Shown: positions 9,380 to 20,317, numbered from the stretch's first letter. The stretch is 64,000 nt of DNA from an uncultured Actinomycetota bacterium (GCA_963746335.1 CAVVAK010000006.1:156066-220065), one strand, 5' to 3'. The notes: generated by a model from the sequence alone, not told the origin. Numbers and translations are program-made.

Positions 9380-10504
9380 GTGGCCGACAAGGGGCTCCGA
9401 GAGGTCATCGCAGCCGACACCAAGCTCTCCGACATCGACGGCGAGAAGGGCACGCTCTCCTATGTCGGCTACGAGATCCAGGACCTGGCCGAGCACTCCA
9501 CGTTCGAGGAGGTCGTCTACCTGCTCCATCATCTGGAGCTCCCTACCGCTCCGGAGCTCGAGGGTATGGCCGGTTCCCTCGCGAACGAACGCGATCTCCA
9601 CCCGTTCCAGGTGCAGCTGATGAGGACCCTGGCCGAGCAGACCTCCCCGATGTCGATGCTCCGCACGTCGGTCTCGGCCGCCTCGGCGTTCGATCCCGAC
9701 GGGTGGGACGAGTCGGCCGACGCTCAGGCGCGGAAGGCGCTCCGACTGATCGCGAAGACGGCATCGCTGATCACCACGTACCACCGCCTGCGGACCGGGA
9801 TGGACGCGGTTACGCCGAACCCGGCGCTCCCGCATGCCGCCGACTTCCTGTGGATGCTGCACGGGATCGAGCCGGATCCGGACGATGCCCGCGTGCTCGA
9901 CACCACGTTCGTCCTCTACGCGGATCACACGATGAACGCCTCGACGTTCACGGCGAGGATCGTCGCCTCGACGCTCGCGGACATGTTCTCGGCGATCACC
10001 GCCGCGATCGGCACGCTCAAGGGACCGCTGCACGGAGGGGCAAACGAGGAGGCCATGAAGAGCTTCGAGGAGGTCGGCAAGCCGGAGAACGCGGAGGCGT
10101 ACGTACGCGACCGCCTCGAGCGGCACGAGAAGATCTTCGGATTCGGCCACGCGGTGTACAAGACCTACGACCCTCGCGCGAAGGTCCTGAAGCGGCTGTC
10201 GAGGGAAGCATGCGAACGCGCGGGCAAGGCCGAGCTCCACGAGACCGCCGAGGCGATCGAGAAGGCGACGTTCGAACAGAAGGGTCTGTATCCCAACGTG
10301 GATTTCTACGCCGCCGCGGTGTTCCACGTGCTCGGCATCCCGACCGATCTGATGACGCCCGTGTTCGCCGCCGCGCGCATGGCAGGTTGGACGGCCCACG
10401 TCCGGGAGCAGTACGCGGACAACAAGGTGATCCGGCCGGGGTCGCGGTACATCGGCCCGAAGCAGCAGAGCTGGGTGCCGCTCGAAGAGCGCGTCAAGGA
10501 CTAG
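9380..10504 (+). CDS. Citrate synthase / 2-methylcitrate synthase family
   Basis: GTG 9380 after GGAGG; KGLREV, DHTMNASTF, GPLHGGANE, GFGHAVYKTYDPR, PNVDFY. Confidence 0.93.
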   Translation: MADKGLREVIAADTKLSDIDGEKGTLSYVGYEIQDLAEHSTFEEVVYLLHHLELPTAPELEGMAGSLANERDLHPFQVQLMRTLAEQTSPMSMLRTSVSAASAFDPDGWDESADAQARKALRLIAKTASLITTYHRLRTGMDAVTPNPALPHAADFLWMLHGIEPDPDDARVLDTTFVLYADHTMNASTFTARIVASTLADMFSAITAAIGTLKGPLHGGANEEAMKSFEEVGKPENAEAYVRDRLERHEKIFGFGHAVYKTYDPRAKVLKRLSREACERAGKAELHETAEAIEKATFEQKGLYPNVDFYAAAVFHVLGIPTDLMTPVFAAARMAGWTAHVREQYADNKVIRPGSRYIGPKQQSWVPLEERVKD

Positions 10505-11418
10505 GCGCTCGTCGGGCGAGGGAAGAGACCGGCGTCCTCGACGATCGTGCGGACGAGATCGTCCCGACCGATCCCCATGAGATGAAGGCCCGAGATCCCG
10601 TCGATCTCGCGGATCCGCCGGGCGACATCGATCGTGAACCGGACGCCCGCTTGCTCCGCGTCGGTGCCCGCCCTCTCCAGCATGTCGATCGCGGCCCGCG
10701 GAACGTGGACACCGAAGAGCCCGTCCATGAAGTGCGCGTTCTTGACGCTCCGAAGCGGCACCACGCCGACGAGCACCTTCGCGCGTTCGAAGATCCCCCT
10801 CGGCCGGACCAGATCCGCCCACTCACCTAACCTGTCGACGTCGTACACGATCTGTGTCCACACCACGTCGCCGCCCGCATCGAGCTTCGCTTCGAGCTTC
10901 GCCGGATCGTAGGGTTCGGACAGCGGCACGTCGGCGACACCGATCAGGTAGCGCGGCGGATCGGCGATCTCCGCGCCCGCTCCCGTCGTGCCCTGCTCGC
11001 GGATCCGCCGCGCGAGCTCGACGACCTCGTTGGGCCCGAGGTCGAACACCGACGTGGCGCCCGGATGGTCCCCGCCGTCCATCGGGTCGCCGCCGAGGAC
11101 CAGGAGGTTCCGCGCGCCGAGCGCCCAGCCTCCGAGGAGGTCCGCGGTGATCGCGAGGCGGTTGCGATCGCGGCACACGAGCTGGAGCGTGGGCTCGGCG
11201 CCCGCTTCGTGAACGAAGCGGGCGCCGGCCAGCGGGGACATGTGCGGCGACGCGGATGGGTTGTCGGTCACGTTGACAGCGTCCACGTACCCGACGAGTC
11301 CTCGAGCGGCTTCGCGGATCTTCGAGCCGTCACCCGAGCGCGGGGGCACGACCTCGCTCGTGACGACGAACTCGCCGGCGTCCAGGAGCGAGGCGAGGCG
11401 GCCTCCCTTGGGTCTCAC
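10501..11418 (-). CDS. metF: Methylenetetrahydrofolate reductase
   Basis: EVVPP, VNVTDNP, CRDRNR, LVLGGD, TQIVYD; GTGA overlap with the folD stop. Confidence 0.85.
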   Translation of the reverse strand: MRPKGGRLASLLDAGEFVVTSEVVPPRSGDGSKIREAARGLVGYVDAVNVTDNPSASPHMSPLAGARFVHEAGAEPTLQLVCRDRNRLAITADLLGGWALGARNLLVLGGDPMDGGDHPGATSVFDLGPNEVVELARRIREQGTTGAGAEIADPPRYLIGVADVPLSEPYDPAKLEAKLDAGGDVVWTQIVYDVDRLGEWADLVRPRGIFERAKVLVGVVPLRSVKNAHFMDGLFGVHVPRAAIDMLERAGTDAEQAGVRFTIDVARRIREIDGISGLHLMGIGRDDLVRTIVEDAGLFPRPTSA

Positions 11419-12281
11419 CCTCCGTAGGCCTGTGTCTCGGCCGCCGTGACCGTGTTCACCAGGAGCATCGCGACCGTCATCGGCCCGACCCCGCCGGGGA
11501 CGGGTGTGATCGCTCCGGCCACCTCGACGGCCTGGTCGAAATGGACGTCGCCGACCAGCCCATCGTCGGTTCGGTGAACGCCCACGTCGATCACCGTCCC
11601 GCCCGGCTTGATCATGTCGCCGGTGATGAGCCTGGGAACACCCGCCGCCGCGACCAGGATGTCCGCCCGTCGCGTGTGGGTCGCCAGGTTCGCCGTCTTC
11701 ACGTGCGTGATGGTCACCGTGGCGTTCCCCCTGATCGAATCCTGCGCCAGCATGATCGACAGCGGGGCGCCGACCAGGTCCCCGTACCCGACGACGACGA
11801 CCTCGGCACCCTCGAGAGGGATGTCGGTCCGCAGCAGCAGCTCCACGATCCCGTAGGGCGTCGCGGGCTGGAACGTCGCCTCGCCGCGAACGACCATCCC
11901 GACGTTCCACGGATGGAGTCCGTCGACGTCCTTCTCCGGGGCCATCGTGCGCTGCACCTCCAACTCGTTCAGGTGCGCCGGCAGCGGCAGCTGGACGATG
12001 ATGCCGTGGATCTCCGGATCTCGGTTGAGGCGGCGGATCGTGGCGAGCATCTCTCCCGGACTCACGTAGCCGGGCAGGTTCACCTGTTCCGAGTGGATGC
12101 CCACATCGGCGCAGGCTTTGTGCTTGGCTCCGACATAGATGCGAGAGGCCTGATCGTCCCCCACCAGGACGGCGGCCAGGCCTGGGATGATCCCGTGGTC
12201 GGCGAGCGCACGTACCCGCTCGGACACCTCCGAGCGGATCTGCCCGGCGACGGCTCTGCCGTCGAGGATGCGGGCGGTCAC
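11415..12281 (-). CDS. folD: Bifunctional methylene-THF dehydrogenase/cyclohydrolase
   Basis: ILDGR, YVGAK, VQLPLP, KDVDG, TPVPGGVGPMTVAML. Confidence 0.95.
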   Translation of the reverse strand: MTARILDGRAVAGQIRSEVSERVRALADHGIIPGLAAVLVGDDQASRIYVGAKHKACADVGIHSEQVNLPGYVSPGEMLATIRRLNRDPEIHGIIVQLPLPAHLNELEVQRTMAPEKDVDGLHPWNVGMVVRGEATFQPATPYGIVELLLRTDIPLEGAEVVVVGYGDLVGAPLSIMLAQDSIRGNATVTITHVKTANLATHTRRADILVAAAGVPRLITGDMIKPGGTVIDVGVHRTDDGLVGDVHFDQAVEVAGAITPVPGGVGPMTVAMLLVNTVTAAETQAYGG

Positions 12282-12319
12282 GCCCGGGGATGCTATCGGC
12301 TGCCCACCGCCGAGAGGGG

Positions 12320-13867
12320 TCAGTGACGGAAATGCCGGCGGCCCGTGAGGACGACCGCCACGCCCCGCTCCTCGGCCGCTTGGAGCACCGCGTCATCGCC
12401 CTTGGAGCCGCCCGGATGGATCACGGCGGTGGCGCCTGCGTCGGCGGCCACCTCGAGCGCGTCGGGGAACGGGAAGAAGGCATCCGAGGCGAGCGACGCC
12501 CCCTTCGCGCGGTCGCCCGCCTTCCGGGTCGCGATCCACGACGAGTCGACGCGTGACATCTGCCCGGCGCCGATCCCGACGGTCGCGCCGTCGCGGACCA
12601 GCACGATGGTGTTCGACTTCACGCGCCACGCGATAGTCCAGGCGAGGAGGAGATCCCGCCACTCGTCCTCGGTCGGCTCTCGGGAGGAGACGACCTCGAA
12701 GTCCTCGCGCCGCTCGGTGACGACGTCGCGGTCTTGCATGAGCGCTCCCCCCGGCATCGTCCGCACGTCCAGGCCGCCAACCTCCGGAAGCGGTGCCTCC
12801 AGCACCCGGAGGTTCTGGCGCTCACCGAACGCCGCGAGGGCCCGGGCCTCGAACCCCGGTGCGATCACGACCTCGGTGAAGACGTCACGCATCGCCTCGG
12901 CGGCGGCCCCGGTGCACGGCGCGTCGAACGCAACGATCCCGCCGAAGGCCGAGACCGAGTCGCACTCGAAGGCTCGCCGGTACGCCTCGTCGAGCTGAGG
13001 AGCGACGGCGACGCCGCATGGGTTGTTGTGCTTCACGATCACGCAAGCCTGAGGCGGGAGCGCGGCCACGAGCGAATACGCGGCGTCTGCATCGAGCCAG
13101 TTGTTGAACGACATGTCCTTGCCCTGCAGGACGCGGGCGCCCCCGAGCGGTCCGGTGGATGCGCTGCCCGCATCGCGATAGAGGGCGCCGCGCTGGTGCG
13201 GATTCTCCCCGTAGCGGAGATCGCCGACCTTCTCGAACGCGAGGCCCACGAACCCGGGCAACGTCTCCGTCTCCGCTTGCTCGGCGAACCACCCGGCGAC
13301 CGCGGCGTCGTACGCGGCCGTGTGCGCGAACGCGGCCGCGGCGAGGCCCTCCCGCGTGTCGCGGGTGAGTCCGCGATGGGCGCGGAGCTCGTCGAGGATG
13401 TCCGGGTATCGCGACGGATCCACCACGACGCCCACGGACTCGAAGTTCTTCGCGGCGGCGCGGACCATCGCGGGCCCGCCGATGTCGATCTTCTCGATCA
13501 CGTCGTCCACCCCGGCACCCGAGGCGACCGTCTCCCGGAACGGATACAGGTTGACGACCAGGAGGTCGAACGGCTCGATCCCGTGCTCCGCGAGCTGAAC
13601 CACGTGCTCCGGCTTGCGCGTGTCGGCGAGCAGCCCTCCGTGGATCCGCGGATGCAGCGTCTTCACGCGCCCGTCGAGCATCTCGGGGAAGCCCGTCACC
13701 TCCTCGACGGCCGTGACCTCCAGACCGGCCTCGCGGAGGGTGGCTGCTGTCCCGCCCGAGGACACGAGCGAGACGCCCATCTCGACGAGCCCTCGAGCCA
13801 GCTCGACCACTCCGGCCTTGTCGTAGACGGCGAGGAGGGCCCGTCGTACCTCGCGTACGTCAGTCAT
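12320..13867 (-). CDS. purH: AICAR transformylase/IMP cyclohydrolase
   Basis: GRVKTLHP, IDIGGPAM, LRYGENPHQ, KHNNPCG, SDAFFPF, RHFRH. Confidence 0.97.
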   Translation of the reverse strand: MTDVREVRRALLAVYDKAGVVELARGLVEMGVSLVSSGGTAATLREAGLEVTAVEEVTGFPEMLDGRVKTLHPRIHGGLLADTRKPEHVVQLAEHGIEPFDLLVVNLYPFRETVASGAGVDDVIEKIDIGGPAMVRAAAKNFESVGVVVDPSRYPDILDELRAHRGLTRDTREGLAAAAFAHTAAYDAAVAGWFAEQAETETLPGFVGLAFEKVGDLRYGENPHQRGALYRDAGSASTGPLGGARVLQGKDMSFNNWLDADAAYSLVAALPPQACVIVKHNNPCGVAVAPQLDEAYRRAFECDSVSAFGGIVAFDAPCTGAAAEAMRDVFTEVVIAPGFEARALAAFGERQNLRVLEAPLPEVGGLDVRTMPGGALMQDRDVVTERREDFEVVSSREPTEDEWRDLLLAWTIAWRVKSNTIVLVRDGATVGIGAGQMSRVDSSWIATRKAGDRAKGASLASDAFFPFPDALEVAADAGATAVIHPGGSKGDDAVLQAAEERGVAVVLTGRRHFRH

Positions 13868-14471
13868 CTCGATCTCCGCCGAGCGTCACCTTGCGGCCGT
13901 CGACGCGGATCCGTCCCTCCACGAGCGCGGCGGCAGCGGCTGGGAGCAGGCGATGTTCGACCGCGTGGACGCGGGCCTCCAGGGAATCCCAGTCGTCGTC
14001 CTCGCGGACCTCGATGGCCTCTTGCAGGACGACCGGCCCGGTGTCCATCCCCGCGTCGACGAGGAAGACGGTCACCCCCGTCACCTTGACGCCGTAGGCG
14101 AGCGCGTCCGCCACCCCGTGCATGCCCGGGAACGCCGGCAGGAGGGACGGGTGCACGTTCAGCCAGCGGCCACCGTACGCTTCGAGCATCGCAGGACCCA
14201 GCAAGCGCATGTACCCCGCCGTCAAGACGGCGTCGATCCCGCGATCGCGAAGGAGGTCCACCACCGCACGGTCGAAGGACTCCCTCCCCTCGAAGTCTTC
14301 CGGCCGGAGCACGGCGGACTCGACGCCATGAGACTCCGCCCGCTCCAGGGCCTTCACGTCGGGACGGTCCGAGAGCACGAGGGCGATACGGGAGCCGCAG
14401 TCGGGGTGATCCAGGAGGGCCTGCAGGTTCGTCCCGGAACCGGAAACGAGCACCGCGATCCGCTCCCCCAT
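13860..14471 (-). CDS. purN: Phosphoribosylglycinamide formyltransferase
   Basis: SGSGTNLQA, NVHPSLLPAFPG, DTGP; upstream of purH. Confidence 0.95.
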   Translation of the reverse strand: MGERIAVLVSGSGTNLQALLDHPDCGSRIALVLSDRPDVKALERAESHGVESAVLRPEDFEGRESFDRAVVDLLRDRGIDAVLTAGYMRLLGPAMLEAYGGRWLNVHPSLLPAFPGMHGVADALAYGVKVTGVTVFLVDAGMDTGPVVLQEAIEVREDDDWDSLEARVHAVEHRLLPAAAAALVEGRIRVDGRKVTLGGDRDD

Positions 14472-14525
14472 CTGACGCGGCACGCTACCAGAGGACCCGA
14501 CGACCCAAGCCGTACGCTGTCGATC

Positions 14526-15206
14526 GTGAAAGCCGAGGAACGAGCGGAAGGGACATCACCGCGGGAACCGGACGCGGGCTCGACCGCCCTCGAGCCGACG
14601 GAGGAGCGATCCGCCGGTGATGGCGTCGGCGGCGACGAAGCGCTCCGCGAGCGGTGCGTCCATCATCCCGGCAGGGCGGCGGTGGCTCGATGCAGCGTGT
14701 GTGAGGAGCCCGTCTGTATGACCTGCGCGGTACCGGTGCGGGGCCGCGTGCTCGGTCCCGGATGCCTCGCCGCCGAGCTGGGCGATCCCGCGATCACGAC
14801 GCCGCCGGAGCCCGATCCCACGCTGGTGGGTTCGTGGATGGCGGTCGCCGGCGCCGCGCTGGCCCTCCTCGCGACGGCCGGCCCGTGGACGAGAACAGGC
14901 GCGGGCGACCGCTTGTTCGGCGCGTGGGTCCCGAGCTTCCGATGGTCGATGGTCGCCGCGGTGGTCGCTGCCGTCCTGTTGCCGGCGGTGTGGTGGGTTC
15001 ATGGCCACCGAGATCGATCGGGCACGATGATCGCGATCGTTGGTGGCATGGCGGTCGCCCTCGCCTCGGCACTCGCGATCGCGTTCCCGCCCACGTTCCA
15101 GGTCGCCTCGTGGGGTCCGTGGACCGCCGCTGTGGGTGGCGTGATCGCCGTGGCAGGCGGGATCGTGAACGTCGTCACCGGAGCCCGTCCGGGGCAGGGT
15201 GTTTGA
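14526..15206 (+). CDS. Membrane protein with N-terminal B-box-like zinc finger
   Basis: CVHH-x7-RCSVC-x4-CMTC then about 4 TM segments; TACGCT box 7 nt before GTG. Confidence 0.7.
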   Translation: MKAEERAEGTSPREPDAGSTALEPTEERSAGDGVGGDEALRERCVHHPGRAAVARCSVCEEPVCMTCAVPVRGRVLGPGCLAAELGDPAITTPPEPDPTLVGSWMAVAGAALALLATAGPWTRTGAGDRLFGAWVPSFRWSMVAAVVAAVLLPAVWWVHGHRDRSGTMIAIVGGMAVALASALAIAFPPTFQVASWGPWTAAVGGVIAVAGGIVNVVTGARPGQGV

Positions 15207-15287
15207 CTCCGGCACCGGGCGCCTCTTGGATACCCGTAGAGAAGCACCCGGCCGCGCGAGTGCGCGGCGGCTGAAAGGAGCAGGTGG

Positions 15288-15893
15288 ATGGAAGGTTCAG
15301 GCTCGTCCGGCTTCGACATGTCGAAGATGTCGACCGCAGAGAAGCTGCTCGCGGGAGGCAGCATCCTGCTCCTCATCGATAGCTTCCTCCCTTGGCAGAA
15401 GTTCTGTGCCGATCTCGGACCGCTGGGCGGCAACGTGTGCGTCGGCTCGGTGTCCGCGTGGCAGGGCAGCGGGAGCATCTTCGGCGTCCTCATGGGTCTC
15501 GGCGCCATCGCTCTCATCGTCCTCGGCGTGCTCTCCATGACGGGCTCGGCGAGCATGAACATGGGCGGGATGTCGTCGGACAAGATCCTTGGGTTCCTGG
15601 GCCTCGGCGTGGCGGCGTTCGGGCTCTTGAAGTTCCTCCTCGTCCTGACGAACTCGCCGGGGTGGGCCTCCTTCGTCGGCCTCGTGCTTCTGGTCGCGAT
15701 CGGGTACGGCGCCTGGCAGAAGGTGCAGTCCAGCGGCGGCTTCCAGATGGGCGATACCGGCGGCGGGACGATGGGCGGCGGGACGCCGCCCAGCAGCCCA
15801 CCGCCGAGCGAGCCCCCGCCCAGCGGAGGGATGCCGCCGAGCGCTCCCCCACCGAGCGGCGGCATGCCGCCGTCCGGCTCGTCGGACATGTAG
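15288..15893 (+). CDS. Membrane protein (4 TM) with Pro/Gly-rich C-terminal tail
   Basis: AAAGGAG RBS; SFLPW motif, hydrophobic helices, PPSGGMPPS repeats. Confidence 0.8.
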   Translation: MEGSGSSGFDMSKMSTAEKLLAGGSILLLIDSFLPWQKFCADLGPLGGNVCVGSVSAWQGSGSIFGVLMGLGAIALIVLGVLSMTGSASMNMGGMSSDKILGFLGLGVAAFGLLKFLLVLTNSPGWASFVGLVLLVAIGYGAWQKVQSSGGFQMGDTGGGTMGGGTPPSSPPPSEPPPSGGMPPSAPPPSGGMPPSGSSDM

Positions 15894-15913
15894 CGGATCA
15901 CCGCATCGCCATC

Positions 15914-15949
15914 GAGGAGGCGGGCCCGCGAACGCGGGCCCGCCTCCTC
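15914..15949 (+). terminator. Intrinsic terminator-like hairpin
   Basis: Perfect inverted repeat GAGGAGGCGGGCCCGCG-AA-CGCGGGCCCGCCTCCTC followed by CGTTT. Confidence 0.75.
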
Positions 15950-16001
15950 CGTTTCGGGGTAGCCTCACGTGTCGGGCCGGATATGTCGGAAGGGATCCGT
16001 C

Positions 16002-16697
16002 GTGAAGAAGTGCCCCTACTGCGCCGAGGAGATCCAGGACGACGCGATCAAGTGCCGGTACTGCTTCAGCGACCTCCGGGCCGACACCGACACCGCGATG
16101 CAGCAGCGCCCCGAGGCGTCCGGCGCCGCGACCACGGAGGTGCCCGCTGCGGCGGAGTCACCGTCGGCTGGTCCCACGGCGACCACCGCCCACGCAGGAT
16201 CGTCCTCCGACCCGGCGCAGTACACGCACTCCGGCTTCCGGTACGTGCTCGGCTACGTGGCGGACAGCTTCGGCATCTGGGACCGGCAGGCTCCGGGCGC
16301 TCCGGTCGAGAGGTTCCCGCGGACCGACGACGGCTGGCGGAGCGCGTGGATCCGCTTCGTGAGCCTCGAACCCAACCATCAGCAGGTCGGATCGGGAGGA
16401 CAGCAACCCGCCGCGTCGCCGGCGGCGCCCGCGACCTCCTCGTCGAGCGCTCCGCCGCAGTCGGCTCCGGCGCCAGATCCGACCGATGACCAGGTCCTCC
16501 AGTACACCCATTCGGGATCGGACTACCTGCTCGGGTACGGACGGACGTTCTTCGGGATCTGGCTGCGAACCGATCCGTCCCGACCCCTCGAGCGATTCCC
16601 CAGAGACGATGCCGGGTGGGCCGAAGCCTGGCGTCGTTTCACGACGATCGAGTCGAACTACGCCGAGGTCGGGCTGGGAAGTTCGGGCTCCGCGTAG
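16002..16697 (+). CDS. Zinc-ribbon protein with two copies of an unknown aromatic-rich domain
   Basis: [18 protein letters not shown] at the N-terminus; duplicated QYTHSG..YxLGY..FGIW..ERFPR.D.GW..AW.RF. Confidence 0.8.
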   Translation: MKKCPYCAEEIQDDAIKCRYCFSDLRADTDTAMQQRPEASGAATTEVPAAAESPSAGPTATTAHAGSSSDPAQYTHSGFRYVLGYVADSFGIWDRQAPGAPVERFPRTDDGWRSAWIRFVSLEPNHQQVGSGGQQPAASPAAPATSSSSAPPQSAPAPDPTDDQVLQYTHSGSDYLLGYGRTFFGIWLRTDPSRPLERFPRDDAGWAEAWRRFTTIESNYAEVGLGSSGSA

Positions 16698-17899
16698 CGA
16701 CGAGCCGCGAGCCACGCGCCGAACGCCCCACCAGCGACTCCCCACGTCAGTGCCGTGATCGCGGTTGAGGTCCATGCGGGATGCACCGAGATCTGGGCGG
16801 GAACCACGACCGCGGTGAGCACCGGACCGACGAACCACGCGCCGAGGATCACGAGCAGGGCGAACGCCGATCCGGCGGCCAACCCGATGCCGATCGCGCG
16901 CCGCCCTCGCGCCATCGCTTCGACCGCGGCTCGACCGCCGCCCAGCACCGCCGCGATCGGAGGCACGATGCTCAGCAGCCAGAACGAGGGGGACAGCGCG
17001 ATGGCTCCCGGCAGGAACGCGTCCCCCGCGGGTCCCGACGAGACCAGGCGCCACGGGCAGAGGTCGAACATCGGGCCGTCTCCGACGATCTCCACGCACG
17101 AGCCCGAAGCCGGCGCGAGCAGGAGCGCGCTCTGTGCCGGCAACGCCAACACGTGGAAGCCCAGGAGCGCGCCACCCGGCGCTCCGAGGCCGGCCACGTC
17201 GTCGACGTAGGCGCGGGTCGCGGTCGGTTCGAGGGTCGCGAGCACGAAGGCACCCACGACGAGGAGCCCGAGCGCCCACGCATAGGCGGTCAGCCCACCT
17301 CGGAGCACGGCCGCTCGTGCACTGCCACCGGCCGCCTCCAGGAAGGCGCCGGTCCCTGCACCCACTGCGGCCAGAGCCCCCGCCCAGATCGCGGCGCCGA
17401 GCACATCGACCCGGAGCCGGAGCCCGAGTGACGGGAAGGCGAGCGTCACCAGACTCGCACAGACGGCGGCGAGGATCGCGGCCGGGATCGCGGCGCCCAC
17501 CGCCGCGAGACCGGATGCGATCAGGGGGCTCTCGCGCTTCCTCGCTCGCGCGGCCCGGCGACCGGCGCGCGCTGCCAGCCACAGGAACCCGATCGTCAGC
17601 ACCATCGTCACCAGGCGCAACCGCAGGGTCTCCGATCGGGCTGCGGCCTGGAAGAGAGGAGGACCGTGCACCGTCGCGATCACGTCGGCTCGGACGGAGA
17701 GCGATGTGGTGAGCAGACCGATCTTCACCCATGACCACAGCCCGAGCCCTCCCAGGATCAGATATTGGGCAAGGGCGAACACCTGACAGAGAGCAGCCAA
17801 CGCCGCGAATGCGACGGCTCCGCCGACCGCAGCGATGCCGAACGTGCGACCGCCGTCGACGAGCGCCCCCGGGCGACCCGGAGGCACCTCTCCGTTCAC
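16658..17899 (-). CDS. Multi-pass membrane protein (PerM/DUF6350-like by synteny)
   Basis: About 10 hydrophobic segments; start overlaps the sucD stop; position between sucD and purN matches the actinobacterial perM-like gene. Confidence 0.65.
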   Translation of the reverse strand: MNGEVPPGRPGALVDGGRTFGIAAVGGAVAFAALAALCQVFALAQYLILGGLGLWSWVKIGLLTTSLSVRADVIATVHGPPLFQAAARSETLRLRLVTMVLTIGFLWLAARAGRRAARARKRESPLIASGLAAVGAAIPAAILAAVCASLVTLAFPSLGLRLRVDVLGAAIWAGALAAVGAGTGAFLEAAGGSARAAVLRGGLTAYAWALGLLVVGAFVLATLEPTATRAYVDDVAGLGAPGGALLGFHVLALPAQSALLLAPASGSCVEIVGDGPMFDLCPWRLVSSGPAGDAFLPGAIALSPSFWLLSIVPPIAAVLGGGRAAVEAMARGRRAIGIGLAAGSAFALLVILGAWFVGPVLTAVVVPAQISVHPAWTSTAITALTWGVAGGAFGAWLAARRYAEPELPSPTSA

Positions 17900-18765
17900 C
17901 CCAAGCGCTCCGCGACCAGGTCCGCCACCTCGGTCGGGTTCCGCGCGACCGCGGCGCCGACGGCCTCGAGTGCCTCGGCCTTCGCCGCGGCGGTCCCGGC
18001 CGATCCGGTCACGATCGCGCCGGCATGACCCATGCGCTTCCCCGGCGGGGCTTCGAACCCCGCGATGTAGCCGACGACTGGCTTGGTCACCTCCTCGGCG
18101 ATGAACGCCGCGGCCCGCTCCTCGTCGTCGCCGCCGATCTCGCCCGTCAGCACGATCAACTCGGTCTCCGCGTCGGCCTGGAAGAGCCGAAGGGCCTCGA
18201 CGAAGCCGACCCCGTGGATGGGATCGCCGCCCATCCCGACGCAGGTCGACTGACCGATGCCGCGCTGCGTGAGCTCGTGCACGATCTGATACACGAGGGT
18301 GCCGCTCCTCGACACGAGCCCGACCACGCCCGGGGCGCAGATCTCCCCGGGGATGATCCCCACGTTGACCGCACCCGGCGAGATCACTCCGGGGCAGTTG
18401 GGCCCGACGAGTTTCGTCGTCGACGCCTCCAGGTAGCTGTGAACGTACGCCATGTCGCGAACCGGGATCCCTTCGGTGATGCAGACGACCAGCCGGACGC
18501 CCGCGTCGGCCGCCTCCAGGATCGCTTCGGCGGCGAAGCGCGGCGGGACGAAGATCATCGACGTGTCGGCGCCGGTCTCGGCCACCGCACGGACGACCGT
18601 GTCGAAGACGGGGATGCCTTCCACATCCTGCCCGCCCTTCCCGGGAGTGACGCCGGCGACGACATTCGTACCGTACCCGCGGTTGCGGAGCGTGTGGAAC
18701 GTGCCCTCGTTCCCCGTGATCCCTTGAACGACGAGGGTCGTTCGTTCGTCGACGAGGATGCTCAC
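17896..18765 (-). CDS. sucD: Succinyl-CoA synthetase alpha subunit
   Basis: SILVD..VQGITG, GPNCPG, SRSGTL, MGHAGA phospho-His. Confidence 0.97.
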   Translation of the reverse strand: MSILVDERTTLVVQGITGNEGTFHTLRNRGYGTNVVAGVTPGKGGQDVEGIPVFDTVVRAVAETGADTSMIFVPPRFAAEAILEAADAGVRLVVCITEGIPVRDMAYVHSYLEASTTKLVGPNCPGVISPGAVNVGIIPGEICAPGVVGLVSRSGTLVYQIVHELTQRGIGQSTCVGMGGDPIHGVGFVEALRLFQADAETELIVLTGEIGGDDEERAAAFIAEEVTKPVVGYIAGFEAPPGKRMGHAGAIVTGSAGTAAAKAEALEAVGAAVARNPTEVADLVAERLG

Positions 18766-19904
18766 GCGGCAGCCCCCGCGAGATCGGCAGCCTCCTCGGC
18801 AGCTTCGAGCATGTTCGCGGCGGGAACGATCCTCGGATGCGCGGCGTCGGCGAGGATCCGGCGGCCGTCCTCGGCGTTGGTTCCGTCGAGCCGCACCACG
18901 ATCGGAACGCGCGCCTCGATCCGCTCCAGGGCCTCCAGGATGCCCTGGGCGACGAGATCGCACCGCGTGATCCCCCCGAAGATGTTCACGAGCACGACCT
19001 TCACGGCCGGATCGGACAGGACGACCTCAAGAGAGGTCGCCATCTGATCGGCAGAGGCGCCGCCGCCCACATCGAGGAAGTTGGCGGCCCGCGCTCCCGC
19101 CTGTGCCACCACGTCGAGCGTCGACATGACGAGTCCGGCTCCGTTCCCGATGATCCCCACCTCGCCGTCGAGCTTCACGTACTGAAGATCCTTCTCCTTG
19201 GCGCGAGCCTCCACCTCGTCGATCGGGAACTGCTCGGCGAGGTCGGCGATGTCTGGATGACGCCAGAGCGCGTTGTCGTCGATCGTGACCTTCGCGTCGA
19301 GCGCCACGACCCGGTCGTCCTCCAACAGGACGAGCGGGTTCACCTCGACGAGCGTCGCGTCCCGCTCCACGAGGAGCTCGTACATCTTCCGGATCGCATC
19401 CGCCGCTCCCTCCCAGGCCTCGACCGGAAGCGTCCCGATCAGCTCGCGGACGTGATACGCGCGGAGCCCGAGCATGGGATCGATGTGCACGCGGCGGAGC
19501 GCCTCCGGCCGGGTCCGAGCGAGCTCCTCGATGTCCACTCCGCCCTCAGCCGTCATCATCGCGAGGTAGTCGCCGCGGGCTCGGTCCAGCAGGAGCGAGG
19601 CGTAGAACTCACGCGCGATGGGCAGCAGCTCCTCGACGAGGACGCGGGTCACGGGGAAGCCCTTGAACCTGCTCCCGAGCATCCGGTCGGCGGCCGTGGC
19701 GGCGGCCTCCGGCGTGGCGCAGAGCTCGACGCCGCCGCCCTTGCCGCGGCCGCCCACCTGCACCTGGATCTTCACCACCGAGCGTCCGCCCAGCTCGGCG
19801 GTCGCCGACGCGGCGTCCGCCGAGCTGAACGCGACGATCCCGCGAGGGGTGTCCATGCCGTGGGCGCGGAACAGGTCCTTGCCCATGTGCTCGTAGAGGT
19901 CCAC
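18762..19904 (-). CDS. sucC: Succinyl-CoA synthetase beta subunit
   Basis: [43 protein letters not shown]. Confidence 0.97.
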   Translation of the reverse strand: MDLYEHMGKDLFRAHGMDTPRGIVAFSSADAASATAELGGRSVVKIQVQVGGRGKGGGVELCATPEAAATAADRMLGSRFKGFPVTRVLVEELLPIAREFYASLLLDRARGDYLAMMTAEGGVDIEELARTRPEALRRVHIDPMLGLRAYHVRELIGTLPVEAWEGAADAIRKMYELLVERDATLVEVNPLVLLEDDRVVALDAKVTIDDNALWRHPDIADLAEQFPIDEVEARAKEKDLQYVKLDGEVGIIGNGAGLVMSTLDVVAQAGARAANFLDVGGGASADQMATSLEVVLSDPAVKVVLVNIFGGITRCDLVAQGILEALERIEARVPIVVRLDGTNAEDGRRILADAAHPRIVPAANMLEAAEEAADLAGAAA

Positions 19905-19915
19905 TCGGCTCCCGC

Positions 19916-20317
19916 TCAGGCCTTCGCGCTCAACCGATCGCGCAGCCAGGTCGCGATGTCGCCCGTGTTCGCTCCCGGGGTGAAGACCGCCTCGATCCCG
20001 GCTTCCTTCAGCTTGGGGATGTCGTCCGCCGGGATCACGCCACCCGCCACGACCACGACGTCGTCCGCCCCACGGGCTCGGAGCTCCTTCACGACCTTGG
20101 GGAACAGCGTCATGTGCGCGCCCGAGTGGCACGAGAGTCCGACCGCGTCCGCGTCCTCCTGGATCGCGGCCTCGGCGATCTGCTCGGGCGTCTGGAAGAG
20201 GCCCGTGTAGATCACCTCGAAGCCGGCGTCGCGCAGGGCCCTGGCCACGACCTTGGCGCCCCGATCGTGTCCATCGAGACCCGGCTTCGCCACGATCACC
20301 CGAAGCTTCTCGGCCAT
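19916..20317 (-). CDS. Cobalamin-binding small subunit of acyl-CoA (methylmalonyl-CoA) mutase
   Basis: [10 protein letters not shown] (DxHxxG), VGLS, GGVIP; TAGACT box 7 nt before ATG. Confidence 0.93.
   Translation of the reverse strand: MAEKLRVIVAKPGLDGHDRGAKVVARALRDAGFEVIYTGLFQTPEQIAEAAIQEDADAVGLSCHSGAHMTLFPKVVKELRARGADDVVVVAGGVIPADDIPKLKEAGIEAVFTPGANTGDIATWLRDRLSAKA

Noticed and set aside
14472-14525. ZMP/ZTP riboswitch ahead of purN-purH-folD
   Set aside because: Short divergent gap occupied by two -10 boxes; no recognisable motif.
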